64,000 nt of DNA from Somniosus microcephalus (Eukaryota), in assembly GCA_052327205.1 (NCBI GenBank), contig CM126224.1:28892001-28956000 (forward strand). Direction: 5' to 3'. The stretch's first letter is position 1. Each line of letters opens with the position of its first letter. Below are positions 50,330 to 63,115 of this stretch, piece after piece. A program made the position numbers and the translations under genes. The notes beneath the pieces are model-generated. The model saw only the letters and a list, made by a program, of their open reading frames with translations, was not told where the DNA came from and did no database searches.

Positions 50330-51080
50330 AGGTAATCCAGTATTTTCTTAATGGCAAGAGACTCAGAACTGTGGAGGAGCAACGGGATTTGGGTGTCCAC
50401 GTACACAAATCACGAAGAGCTAGTGCACAGGTACAAAAAAAAGTATCAAAAAACCTAATGGAATGTTGGCTTTTATCACGAGGCTGGAATACAGTGGGGA
50501 GGAAGTGATGCTTCAGTTGTACAGAGCTTTGGTCAGACACCAGCTGGAGTAGTGTGTTCAGTTTTGGGACTCACACCTCAGGAAGGATATATTGGCCTCA
50601 GAGGAGGTACAGTGCAGATTCATCAGAATGATACCTGGCCTTAAAGGATTAAATTGAGGACAGGTTGCGTAAACTTGGCTTGAGTTTGGAAGGTTGAGGG
50701 GTGATCTAATGAAGGTGTTTAAAATTATAAAAGAAAAGGATAGGGTAGATACAGAGAAGCTATTTTCTCTGGTGGGGGAATCCAGAACAAGGAGAAGTAA
50801 TCTTAAAATTGGCGCTTGGTCATTCAGCAGTGAAATCAGGAAGCACTTCTTTACACAAGGAGTAGAGGAAATCTGGAATTTCTCCCCAAAAGGCTGTGGG
50901 TACTGAGTCAATTGAAATTTTCAGGACTGAGATCAACAGATGTTTATTAGGTAAGGGGATGGCAATATCAAGAGATACGGATCAAGGGCGGGTAAGTGGA
51001 GTTCAGGTACAGATAAGTCATGGACTGATTGAATAGCAGAACAAATACGAGGGGCTGAATGGACTAGTCCTGTTCCTACG
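50330..51080 (+). mobile_element. CR1 3' region
   Basis: ORF 50694..50906 RGDLMKVFKII...RKHFFTQGVEEIWN; CR1 tail. Confidence 0.9.
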
Positions 51081-51896
51081 TTGCTCATCGGTTGTGTGGG
51101 GCCTTGAGGGTTTTCTTTATTACTGCAATGGATGATACAGTGATATAATTGTGTATTCCATATAAATACAAAGCAAATAATAAAGAAAAGGTCAAACAAA
51201 CCTCTTAAGGAAATAAAAACTGGAAATTATTCACTGCTGTAGAAAAGTGGGAAAAAGATGGAAAATACATCTCAATCACACATGCACAGACTGAATTTCA
51301 TTTTTGTGGTGAATTATGTCATTTTTGTCTGTATTATTTTAGAAACGTTCAATTTGTTGCTGTAACCCCAGGTTATACTGAAAATAAATGGATGGTGCAA
51401 GACATTTTGAAAAAATATTTCGAGCAATTTCACTGGTTTCCCTTCATCTCCTTGCCAGTGGTTTATTGGCTGTAGTTTGTTGATTTCCCTGTCGGTAGTT
51501 TTCCTGCCAGCTTGTTATTTGTTCATTTGTTTCAACGGAATTCTTTTCTGTTTAGAAATATTCCAGGTAATCAGCATTGTTCAATTAATAGTGATTTGTT
51601 GCTTTTTTATGAATATAATATTTAAATCTTTCAATTATACAGTTTCATCTCTCTTTGAAAAAGCTGTAGTGACCCATATTTGAGATTCTCAATATTTTAT
51701 TCGAACATGTGAAACCATTAAAGCCGGCAGAACTGTCTATATTTAACATACAGTAATTGTACTAAAAAGAAATAGATTGCCATGCAGTTCTACCTTGTTA
51801 AAGTAATGAATTTATTCATGTGGACTTAATTTAAAGAGTTTGATACTTAATTTGAACAAAAATGATGCGTTGCATTTTAATGTGTGTATAAATGAT

Positions 51897-52509
51897 GTGT
51901 GTCAGCTGTGGCTCAATGGTTAGCACTCTCACCTCTGAGTCAGAGGTAGTGGGTCCAAAGACTTAAGCACAAAAATCCAGGCTGACACCCCAGTGCAGTG
52001 CTGAGGGCATGCTGCACTGTCGTAGGCGCCATCTTTCGGATGAGATGTTAAACCGAGGCCCCGTCTGCCTTCTCAGGTGGACGTAAAAGATCCCATGGCA
52101 CTATTTCGAAGGAGAGCAGGGGAGTTATCCCCGGTATCCTGGCCAGTATTTACCCCTCAATCAACATCACAAAAACAGATTATCTGCTCATTATCACATT
52201 GCTGTTTGTGGGAGCTTGCTGTGCGCAAATTGGCTGCCGCGTTTCCTACATTACAACAGTGACTACGCTTCAAAAGTACTTAATTGGCTGTAAAGCGCTT
52301 TGGAACGTCCTGAGGTCATGAAAGATGCTATATAAATGCAAGCAATGTTCCTGTTAAGCTGCATGGCTGTGCAGCGGTTTGGAGGTCCCGCGCAGGCCAC
52401 TCTGGCTTTAAAATGGAAAAACCATGCATGGAAATTTGAATGGGACGCGCACCTTAAAAAAAAAAAAAAAAAAAAAATTAGCAGGAACATTGATTGCAAG
52501 TCTTTCTTT
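51897..52509 (+). mobile_element. Near full-length Deu-domain tRNA-SINE (SacSINE1-like) with a hAT MITE in its tail
   Basis: A-box-like tggctcaatgg, Deu core, L2-derived 3' end gctatataaatgcaag, (tctt)n tail resuming at 52501. Confidence 0.9.
52343..52492. mobile_element. 150-bp hAT-type MITE
   Basis: TIRs CAATGTTCCTGTTAA and TTAGCAGGAACATTG; 8-bp TSD AATGCAAG / ATTGCAAG (7/8). Confidence 0.85.
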
Positions 52510-52654
52510 AATACAGCTGTAAAATTTTTGATCTGATATAACCATATGAGACAGAGACTAAATACAAAACACAATATAGCTGTCATGTAAACAGATAGAA
52601 TATTTAATCTGTGTGCGAAGTATAATGATGGCATTTTAAGTGTTATATATGCAA

Positions 52655-53840
52655 AGGTGAGGTGAGAGTGACTGCCCTTGACATCAAGGCAGCATTTGAT
52701 CGAGTGTGGCATCAAGGAGCCCTAGCAAAACTGAAGTCAATGGGAATCAAGGGGAAAACTCTCCATTGGTTGGAATCATACCTAGCACAAAGGAAGTTGG
52801 CTGTGGTTGTTGGAGGTCATTCATCTCAATCACATGACATCACTGCAGGAGTTCCTCAGGGCAGTGTCCAAGGCCCAACCATCTTCAGCTGTTTCATCAA
52901 TGACCTTCCCTCCATCATAAGGTCAGAAGTGGGGATGTTCGCTGATGATTGCACACTGTTCAGCACCATTCGAGACTCGTCAGATACTGACTCAGTCCGT
53001 GTCCATATGCAACAAGACCTGGACAACATTCAGACTTGAGCTGACAAGTGGCAAGTAACATTCGCACCACACAAGTGCCAGGCAATGACCATCTCCAACA
53101 AGCGAGACTCTAACCATCTCCCCTTGACATTCAGTGGCATTACCATTGCTGAATCCCCCACTATCAACATCCTGGGGGTTACCATTGATCAGAAACTGAA
53201 CTGGACCAGCTATATAAATACTGTGGCTACAAGAGCAGGCCAGAGGCTGGGAATTATGCGGCGAGTGTCTCACCACCTGACTCCCCAAAGCCTTTCCACC
53301 ATCTACAAGGCACAAGTCAGGAGTGTGATGGAATACTCTCCACTTGCCTGGATGAGTGCAGCTCCAACAACACTCGAGAAGCTCGACACCATTCAGGATA
53401 AAGCAGCCCGCTTGATTGGCACTCCATCCACCACCTTCAACATTCACTCCCTCCACCACCGGCGCACTGTGGCTGCAGTGTGTACCATCTACAAGATGCA
53501 CTGTAGCAACTCGCCAAAGCTCCTTCAACAGCACCTTCCAAACCCGCGACCTCTACCACTTAGAAGGACAAGGGCAGCAGATGCATGGGAACATCACCAC
53601 CTACAAGTTCCCCTCCAAGCCACACACCATCCTGACTTGGACCTGTATCGCCGTTCCTTCACTGTCGCTGGGCCAAATTCCTGGAACTCCTTTCCTAACA
53701 GCATTGTGGGTGTGCCTACACCATATGGACTGCAGCGGTTCAAGAAGGCGGCTCACCACCATCTTCTCAAGGGCAATTAGGGATGGGCACTAAATGCAGG
53801 TCTAGCCAGCGACGCCCACATCCCATCAATGAATAGAATA
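52655..53840 (+). mobile_element. Young CR1-group non-LTR retrotransposon (DRVWH-type RT, distinct from the HER1-type CR1), 5'-truncated
   Basis: ORFs 52662..53039 (LDIKAAFDRVWH, AGVPQGSVQGP, FINDL, FADD) and 53085..53780 (ILGVTIDQKLNW, YKAQVRSVMEY) are in the same frame with one stop between them. Confidence 0.92.
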
Positions 53841-53929
53841 GTAATGTTTGGCCAATTAGCCATTCTGAGTGGGCTTTTATTTTAACACTTTGTACTTTTT
53901 TCCCGCCTCTCTTAAATCCCACTATCACA

Positions 53930-54560
53930 TAGGGGTCAATTTTGGAACGTAACAAGAGCTTACCCACTCCTTCCTGGCCGACTGCAATTTTAAATTGCAG
54001 ATGGCAAGGACATCCACCCTAAGCCAGTGGTGTCCTCTTTACATTTGCAGATCAGGCTCTGATGACATCATCGGGACCCGATCTGCTATTTTGACCTGAG
54101 GCCTGAGCAGGGGAACAGTGGTGGCTTCCCCTCTAGGCCAAACCTTCTGGGGACAGCAGCCAGGGCCAGAAGAAGCCCAACAAGACAAGTTTAACATTTT
54201 TTTTTTTACAAGTTTCCTTGTGGGCCAGGGGGAGCTGGATTGCTTTTCCTTGCCCCACAAGGAAACCTTGGGCCTCCCTTGCCCTTGGCTTCACCCCCTC
54301 CCCCAACTGGGATTCCCTTCCCACAGCACTTACTTTGTGGTGGGAACTGTTCTTCTGGGTCTTTGGCAGTGTCCTCCTGCGGCCCGATTTTAACCTCCGC
54401 CGACCAGGCTGGCATGAAACTCCTAGAGTCCTGCCAGCATTGCCAATAGGTCACATTGGTCAACTCACCCAAGCTCTCTATGATGAAGCACTTTCCCTCT
54501 GCTCAGCATCCTCCATACCAGCCCAGCCGGCACCATTAACTCACCAAATGGGGAAGTATG
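53930..54560. mobile_element. Probable decayed MITE-like element
   Basis: Starts aggggtcaatttt; GC-rich block unlike its flanks; right TIR not found. Confidence 0.4.
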
Positions 54561-57500
54561 GACATAAACCAGTTACACCACACCGTGGTATTTCACATTG
54601 TTCCAGCAGCCAGCTTCTAATTAATGTGCTGGTCACGCTCATTTATTTCTGGATAATTAATATTGCACATTTTATATTCAGGAGACTATTTGGAGATCGA
54701 TTGATACTTGTTGTGACTGATGTTGAATCTATCTCTTTGATTTTTTTTCTTTGTCACAACAGAAGATAGCCTTTTCTCATCTTACTGTGCTTTAATCTAT
54801 ATGTAAATCATACAGATTTTTGCATTTTGCATGATGCATGAAGAGCTCCCAAAAAGTTCACCTATTCTCACTAATGTTAATGTTCTCTATTTTGAAATGG
54901 CGTACATTTTATAAAAAAAAAAAAAAAAAAATTATTTCTACAAAGAATAATACATTCTACCTTTGGCAGACATTTTCGAAGTATCTCTTGCATAAACTCA
55001 AAGTTTGTGTCTTAAGATCAATTTGCAAAAGGTACAGAATTATTGATGGATATGCTTCTGTCATCTGACGTTTTAACTGGTTTAATTCTACTGGAAGATC
55101 TCCTTGGCATTGCTCACCGTGAATCAGCGCATACACTTTTTTTTGCTAAGTATCATATAAAAATGATCAGAACCACTGATATATGGTGAATGAATAAGTG
55201 AACTTGGGTTTTTGTTGCAAATTATTATTGGAATATTAGTGGCCATTTTGGGTACAATTTATGTGATTATGTCCATATTTTATAGAAATTGAAAACCAGT
55301 GGCTTTAATTATTATTTACCTATTTACTCAATTTTTTATCTTGCATTTTTAAAGTACAAGATATGTAGGAGGATGGCAGGGACGATGTTCTCGGTTATAG
55401 GCAGGTATGAGGCATGTATCAGTACTGGTGAGGGGTGGGTAGGGTGTAAAATCATGTAGTTTGGCAGTGTGGGCGGGTGGTCCAGGGGTTAGGAAGTAGC
55501 GGAAGGGGCTCATGGGGTAGTGGTAGGAACAGAGGGAACTTTGGGCTCTTGGAGTATTGGAGAAGGGGATTCTTGGGGCTCAGAATATTGAAAGGGGAGG
55601 TTCATGTCCTGGCAGTGATGTGTTGGGAGGTTGGAAATGAGGATAGGGAGATCCTAGGATGTGAGAGCATTGTGGAGGTGAATTGTTGAGTATGGGAGTA
55701 CTGGAAGAGGTGTCTCAGGAATGGAAACAGTGGGAGGGGAGTTTCAGGGCCTGGGAGCACTGGCAGCAAGTAATATGTCAGGGACCTGGGAGAAATGGCA
55801 GGTGAATGGTGGGGTTTTAGAGCAACAGACGGGTTGCTGAGCTCTAACTGCATTGTGGCAGAAGGTGCATGGGTATGGGAATACTGGAAGGGGACTGCTT
55901 GCACCTAGGACTATTGGAGAGGTTGTGGAATGGTGGTGTGCAAGGATCAGGGATGTTCAGGGAGAGCGATCTTGGGGTCTGAGAGAATTGGGGCAATGGG
56001 TTGAGGGGGGGGCGCGCGCAGTTGTGGCCTAGTATTTTTTTCGGAGGGGGGGGGGGTGGAGCTAAGCATTCGTAAATTCCCCACAAGTGTTGCAAGAGTA
56101 CGTTCCCAGCACTGAGCTGGGAATCCTGTTTAATTATTTAAAGTACTTGCTGCTCTGTACTATAATTGCTGACCATATGTTGGGAATTACAGTACAAACA
56201 CTTTCAATAACTAATCTACAACTTCTGGCTCAGTGGTGGGAAAACTATCTCCAGAAACTCACCCCAGAAAAGGCGTGCAGCTGCATTCGTGGCCATGACC
56301 TGGAACTGCCTTGAAGTGCTTTAAGATGTTTATTGCACTTTCACTATCTTAGTTATATTTATCAAGTATCTCTACTTCAATAGTGTTCTTGTTTAACCAG
56401 TTTTTAAAAACCTATTTAAAAGTTTTGTGACTAGCGCGCATTCATCACACCTCAATGTATCACATTTGAAAACGTCACACTTGAAAGTTTCACACATGCA
56501 AAGTGTATGTGTCACTTGATTGACTCAAATATATTCATAAATCTCAGTGTCCAGCAAAGCGCTCATGTCATTCAAAATGAGCTGTTATTAAACCAGCTCG
56601 TTGCTTTCCCGAGCCCTGCTGCAAGTCTTCTGGCTCTTTTCCTAGTCGATGCCGTGAGGAGCTCAAAAATATCCCCTTGCATAAATTTTAATGAGCACTG
56701 GGATATTTAATGCACAAGTGATGGGATTAAAGTGGCTGCTTCTCCACAGCGATGTCAGGTGGACAACTATTTACCAGAACTCAAACCTATGTTTGATAAC
56801 CAAATGACATTGTTAGCAACCTAAAAGGTAGACCCTCTTTCAATGTGACTGGGGATGGGGGGTTCATTGCTAGTTGCAGGCCTCTGCAGATTTTGAGTTA
56901 GTAATTTAAGTGGTCCATTGAAGTAAGTCTATACTTGGTATAAAATCTGTTAATCAGAGAGTTAAAAATGACATTACAACTGTGGTTTAAAAAATGGCCA
57001 GTTCTACAGTTGTTTTCCTGTTAAACTGCTTATTTGTCTCCATAGTCATGAAATGGACAGAACCGTGTCAGTAACATTACAAGAGCTTGTTGGGCCACCC
57101 AGTAGTGCTTACATTAGAAACAAGACACCTGTTCAGACTTCACCTTCTCGTGACATTCAAACTCGATTCCACTATGTTGGTGTGTTTCACCAATTCTGAT
57201 ATTATCCCCACGTGATCACCCTTTGTAATAAGAGACTACTTCATCTGATGGGGGGGGGGGCGGTTGGATTACAAATGCAGCGGGTGCTGGCCCCATTTCC
57301 CCCCCCCCAACCCCCTCAGAGGCATGAATCTTCTGATGGCCAACTACAGTGTGGCATTAACAGGTCTGGGAAAGTGCATCATCTAGATTGTTACACAAGT
57401 GAAAAATCAGAACAAAAAGGGTAAAAGAAATAAACACACATAAGCCACTGTCTTAAGTGAAAAGTAAAATGTTGAATGTCTTTTTAATGTATCATCTAAG

Positions 57501-58379
57501 TGCACTCAGAGTTTATTATAGCAATTGATTTTTTTACAAAGCCAAGAAATAACAATAGAAATGTTTATGGGATTTTCTTCCATTTTACAAATAAACCTCA
57601 AGATTTTTTTTGTATTTCTGGAAAAATCTGATGTCCCCTTTTAATTTGTGATTCAGCTTCAGTTTCCACAGTTACTTAACTAATTTTAGTGCCTGCCTTA
57701 CATAGACTACCTTTAAACAGTTCTCTTGAGTTGTATATTTATCCCTTTGCAGAATTATTCTCATTTGTAAAATTTGTTGAAGTTAGAAATTGTATAAAAG
57801 TTAACATGGCCAGTAGCAGTGTAAGAAATATCTGAGATGATCTACCACTGAAGCTGTTAACTTGGAGTTGGTGTGTGTGAGAGAGATGTGCCATTTCCTG
57901 GCATATAGCGGAACTTGCACCAGCTGTGAGCGTCTGGTGCCATATCCTTAGGGTGGCTGAAACATTATACCAGCCAGAAAATGTGTGAATATGACTGCTG
58001 CACTAAATCTGAATGTCTACTCTGATGTCAAATCATATTCTCTCCTCTCCCCACCCTTTACCCTCTCAGTTATTTTAAGCGCAGAATTGCATCTGCAGAA
58101 TTTAAATGGGTGTGATTACTTGTGCTGAGGATAAACCTGTATTAACTACATCTTCTGTTTGCTTTTTATTCAGATGTGGATTGACATTTTATACTTTACA
58201 AAAATATGTCTCTGGTTTTGTGTAAAACAAAATCAAATATTTGAATACACCACACCCTGCACTCTATGAGCACCATCCAGAAATATAAAGCAAATGCCCA
58301 GTCTGAATAATTTGTACCCAGTCAGCGATATCAAACTTTTGCTTCAACTCATTGTGTTAATCTGTACGAAGTGTCCTGT

Positions 58380-59110
58380 CCACCAATCTTAATTAAAGAA
58401 CACCTTTTTGTCATTTATAAATGATCATATAATGAGCTACTTGATGCTGTCAGCACCGAGAGGGTTAAGAGGTTTTTGTGTTGTTCAAATGACTTTGTGG
58501 TCAGGTGCTCAGGTGTCTGAGCCACCCTCAGCGACGTCAGTCACATAGGAGTCAGGTCAGCTGTTGTTATATGGTAGAGATTACACAGTTTAGTCATTAG
58601 CTGTGATAAGCTGCAGCTGATGCCAGATTCTAACCCTTTACACCTAATTAGCCTCATTAATGAGCTTTCCCACTCTCCATAGAGTGGTTTCTTCTATGGG
58701 ACAGGAGGAAAAAATATATACCTTGTCCAGGTAGATATGCCTTACCCTTTAATTAATGCCTACACCTGCAAGCCCAGTGATTTGCTTTGTTTGAGAGCTG
58801 TGTCGGATGGGGAAAGTGAGCACTGTTTCATCGTTGGCAGTACCCAGCCTTATCATTTTAAATCTCGAGTTCTGTTTTTATTTATTGTGCTGTGATTATT
58901 TGCTCACTTTAACCCTTTAACCACCAAGCTAGCAATTCACAGCATGGCTCTGTTTCACGTTTCTTTTCAGACAGCTTTTTAAAAAATTGCACAGAGAATA
59001 CTGGATACCCAGGAGTGATTACCAAGCAGTAATCTCATGGAGGGGTTCAGATAAACCGCAAGAGTGAAGCTGAAGCTGTTTGTAATTGTCACCTGATCCC
59101 TCCGATGAGT
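58380..59110. promoter_or_regulatory. Candidate conserved non-coding element / enhancer
   Basis: No recognisable repeats; dense TAAT palindromes, E-boxes and a TALE site (see findings); conservation not verified. Confidence 0.45.
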
Positions 59111-59389
59111 CTGCTCCCAGGGAATCACTCTGAGTTACCACTTTTCTGTAATGTTTTTGTATATATTAATAATGCATAATAAAAATACATACACGCGCAC
59201 ACACACACTGGACTCATTAGACAGTTTGTTTTCATTTCCACTCTTTTTTTGGGTGATGTATACCATACCATGAGGTATACAAGAGGCCAGAGCATTCTTC
59301 TGAGCTTGGGCATTTTAATGCTCTCATTGAAGAATTTAACAACTGTAATGTATTCACTGAAAATTTATTGAGTAATGAGAAATTACAGT

Positions 59390-59800
59390 GGGCAGCTTCC
59401 CCCGATGGCTTAGTTGTAACTGTGCCATACAGAATAGCTCCGATTCAGTTTGTGCTGAGTTAAGCGACCTCAGCAAACTGGTAATAAGGGTGCTACATTT
59501 GGCCTCCGCACGCCTGGGTAAAAAGTGGTAAGGTTAGCTCGGATTCCTGCTCCTGACCGTTATCCAGTGACCTCTGCTGGAAGGTGCGTGTGTGCTGACA
59601 GAGGGTGAGGGCGGGATTGGGTTCATGCTGGGATGCCCTACCACAGAGTAGTAACCTGCCAACACTTGTGCAGGCTCACGAAGAATCAAAGAATGACCAC
59701 TTGAGTGAGGTACTCATGGTGGGGGTGGAGGGGAAACTGCCACCTGTGGAAGCATCATCCCAGCTGGAGTAAGTGTCTTTGGGGACACAAGTGCACAAAA
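59390..59800 (+). mobile_element. Best-preserved copy of SINE family B (tRNA-like head, non-Deu body)
   Basis: gatggcttagttg head, tgtgctgagttaagcgacctcagc, ttcctgctcctgaccgttatccagtgacctctgctggaagg, gaatgaccacttgagtgaggtac; paralogs at 12.6, 13.1, 18.7 and 42.0 kb. Confidence 0.7.
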
Positions 59801-61672
59801 TTGGTCAACAAAATGAAAAAACACTTCTGGTGATTAAATAGAACAAATGCAAATTAAATACAGCATGCTCATTTTGATACAGTACAAAAATGCTGCAGGG
59901 AATTTTGAACATGGCTGTAAAAATAGTCAGTTTTATTGACATCTGTCATAGTTTAAATATTTCTTTAAAGTTTTGCACCTACTGATAAGGCCACGCACTC
60001 TAACTACTTAATTGTGCATACCTGTATTAATGAGTTATTTAACAGCGCATTTTACAGTTGTAGGTTGAATCAGCAAACATAATGTAGTTCAAAAAACACA
60101 TCTATACATTTAGTGATAACCAGGGTTATTCAAGTCTGTTTCTAATCATTATCGGGTAACTTTATTTTAAAGTCACTTGAATAATTAAGAAATGGTAACA
60201 TGCACTTAACAATACAATTATTACAGATTCATGTTAATACCTTATTGTTGCAGTATTGATAACTTAAACAAGCTTCCAATTGTAATTTAAGAGCTCATCT
60301 CAGAGCTGAAACTCTTGACTCTAAATAAGTTTACTGGACTCGTGACTGGATTTTCAAAATTTAGAAAAACGTTCTCTCTCACACTGTACATACTTATCAG
60401 AAATTTAAGTAAGAACAAATACAGCATCAACTTAAATATTATTCTTTTAAACCAAGCATTACTCTTTATTCGGCCCCTTCACTCTTCCTCCCCAAAACAT
60501 GTCCTGTCAGCACTGTGGCTGTGTGTATCCCTCCCCCTTTTCCACACACGCATTTTGGGAACTTGGTTCTGGCCCAGGAATTTAAAATATCTCACACTGG
60601 AATACTTAGTCCCAGTTGGTCAAGAGCACTGTAATGATTTATAATAAACCTTGAAAAGTGACCTGAGAGGAATTAACACCACTGTTGCATGACAGTTAAG
60701 TGTTGCGCAATTGTTATTATTTGTCTTCAATTCACAGTGCAGCACCCACGAGTGAATGTGGAAGGGAGCAGTTTATAGTAGAGGTTAACTTTCCACAGCC
60801 CCTTTATCTGATAAGCATGGATAACTAGTAGGAAAAAAAATCTCCTTCAGGGTTTTCAGATTTGCTGTGTTTATAAACTTTCCAGTGTTCTTACAGTTAT
60901 TGATATTGTTGCAGAATTAAGATACCAGTCTGTGAAAATTGCCTTGTCTTCTATTAATCAAATTTGAACAGCACCATACACATCAGAGGATATTACAGTC
61001 TAGGTCAATAGGTTCAGCTTATCCAGGTCTAACATTTTACATTATAGGATAGTCTACTACAGTCGCATATAATTTTTTTAATATATTGACCATGTTGTCA
61101 TTTAACTTTTTTTAAATAATCATTTTGAGTTTTGTAAACCATGTAGACTGTACAGTGCTACCCTAGAAAGTTAGTTCATAGGCACTGTTCAAAAAGAAAA
61201 ACTACTGTGTGGCATTAAAGCTAATAAATGTTAATGTGTGAGACAAAAATGATCACAAAATGCAGGTAGGCCTTGAGGGTAGCAGAGTTGGCAGTTTCTG
61301 GCCTTGTGAAAAGCTGCCCATCTGCTCACTGTCAAAGTAAGTTAGTGGTGCATTTGGATTTGTGCCCTAGAGTTTCAGCTCTGAGCTAGTCATGTGACAG
61401 TCGCCACGACAACTCGACAAGACTTGTAAACTGCTGCTTGCAGAGCCAGATGCTCCAGTGCACATGTGGTCTAATTATATGTCGTTTTCTTTGCAATTAT
61501 CAGAAAATTTGCACTGCTGTCTACATGCAAATGCTTAAAGATATTGTTGGCTCTTGCCTTAAATGTACACCATATAACTTGGGTTTTAATTGTTTTCAGT
61601 AAGGTACCTTTGCCTCACACCTGCAATATTAGAGATTGTGCTTTAAACTGTAGAACTCAGATTTGGGATGTG

Positions 61673-62025
61673 AATCATAGAATGATACAGCACAGAAGGA
61701 GGCCATTCGGCCCATCGTGCCTGTGCCAGTTGTTTGAAAGCTGTCCAATTAGTCCCACTCCCCTGCCCTTTTCCCATAGCCCTGAAAAATTTTCCCTTTA
61801 AAGTATTTATTTAGTTCCCTTTTTGAAAGTTACTATTTAATCTGCTTCCACTGCCCTTTCAGGCACTGCATTCCAGATCATCATAACTCGCTGCGTAAAA
61901 AAGAATTCTCCTCATGTCGCCTCTGGTTCTTATACCAATTACATTAAATCTGTGTCCTCTGGTTACCGACCCTTCTGCAACTGGGAACAGTTTCTCCTTA
62001 TTTACTCCATCAAAACCCTTGATTA
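61673..62025 (-). mobile_element. CR1 3' end
   Basis: ORF 61859..62089 IKGFDGVNKEKLFPVAEGSVTRGHRF; tail gaatcatagaat. Confidence 0.88.
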
Positions 62026-62164
62026 ATGTTTTGAAAAGAGAAGAACGTTCCACATATATTGAGGAAAAATGAGCAGCTTGAACCCCCAAAATACAGCAAG
62101 TTTAAGTAATGAAGTTATATTAATGACATTAAAATAAAACCCAATATTAAAGATCACAAAGGGC

Positions 62165-63115
62165 AACAACAACTTGCTTTAATATAGTAAGCATCCCAAG
62201 ACCCTTCACAGAGGACAAACGAACACTGAGCAGTATTGGGGAAATGACCAAAAGTATAGTCAAAGTGGAGGTTTTGAGGAGGTGCTTTAATGTGAAGAGA
62301 AATTTAGCAAAATAGGGGGCTTTAGGTAGGGAGTAGGGCCAAGTCAGCTAAGGCCCTGCCAATAATAATGGCTCATAGGGAGGAGGCAATATAGAGGCAG
62401 AACAGTCGGAAGACTGAAAGACACAGGCTGGACGAAAGAATTGGATGAAATTGCAGAAGTAGGATGGGTGAGGCCATGGATGGGTTTGTAAACAAATTCA
62501 GTGTGTTGGAGGACGGAAAGCCAGTGAAGATTGGTGAGGAAGGGGGTAATAGGAGGCCAAGATGCAGTTTACAATGAGTTGGAGTTTATGTAGGGTGACG
62601 CCCAGGAGGCCAGTGAGGAGAATGTTGGAGAAGTTAAGTAATGAAAGCAGGAATAAGGATTTTAGGAGTGGTGGGTTGAGGTGAAACCACTTGAGAAGTG
62701 GAAGTAAGTCACCTTGGTTTTCGATAGGGTAAGGGGTTTGAAGCTCGGCTGAAGGTCAAACAGGGCACCAAGGTTGTACACCGCCGGATTCGGCATGAGC
62801 GATCAGCCTAGATGGGGCTACAGCTGGGGGGTTTGGCAGGAGCTGAACAAAATAGCTTTGATTTTTGCCAATGTTAAGTTGGAGAAAGTTCTGGCTCATC
62901 CATAACCTCATGTCTGACGATAAATCTGGCAGCAAGTTGGTCAGGAGATTGAGCATAGTTACAGACAGATAGAGCTGGGTGTTAAAGGCGTACATGTGGA
63001 AGCTGATCCAGTGGCTACAGATAATGTCGTCAAAGGGCAATGCGTGAATGAAGAAAAGGAATGGGCAACAAATGGAACCTTGTGGTACTCCTAAGATGAC
63101 CATGAAGGTGAGGGA
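62165..63115 (-). mobile_element. Degenerate L2 RT and 3' end
   Basis: ORF 62756..63103 GVPQGSI, FHMYA, WMSQNFLQLNIGK; tail caacaacaacttgc. Confidence 0.88.

Noticed and set aside
51900-51975. tRNA gene
   Set aside because: It is the tRNA-derived SINE head; the B-box is degraded and there is no full cloverleaf.
52992-53534. 180-aa minus-strand ORF and 125-aa alternative-frame ORF
   Set aside because: Shadow frames of the LINE ORF2 on the + strand.
54218-54769. 183-aa ORF
   Set aside because: Lies in a GC-rich MITE-like block, starts at a non-ATG codon and shows no recognisable domain.
54740-54800. Strong-looking acceptor (ttttttttctttgtcacaacag) as an alternative last exon
   Set aside because: Stop after 10 codons, no donor or homology; such sites are common by chance in AT-rich introns.
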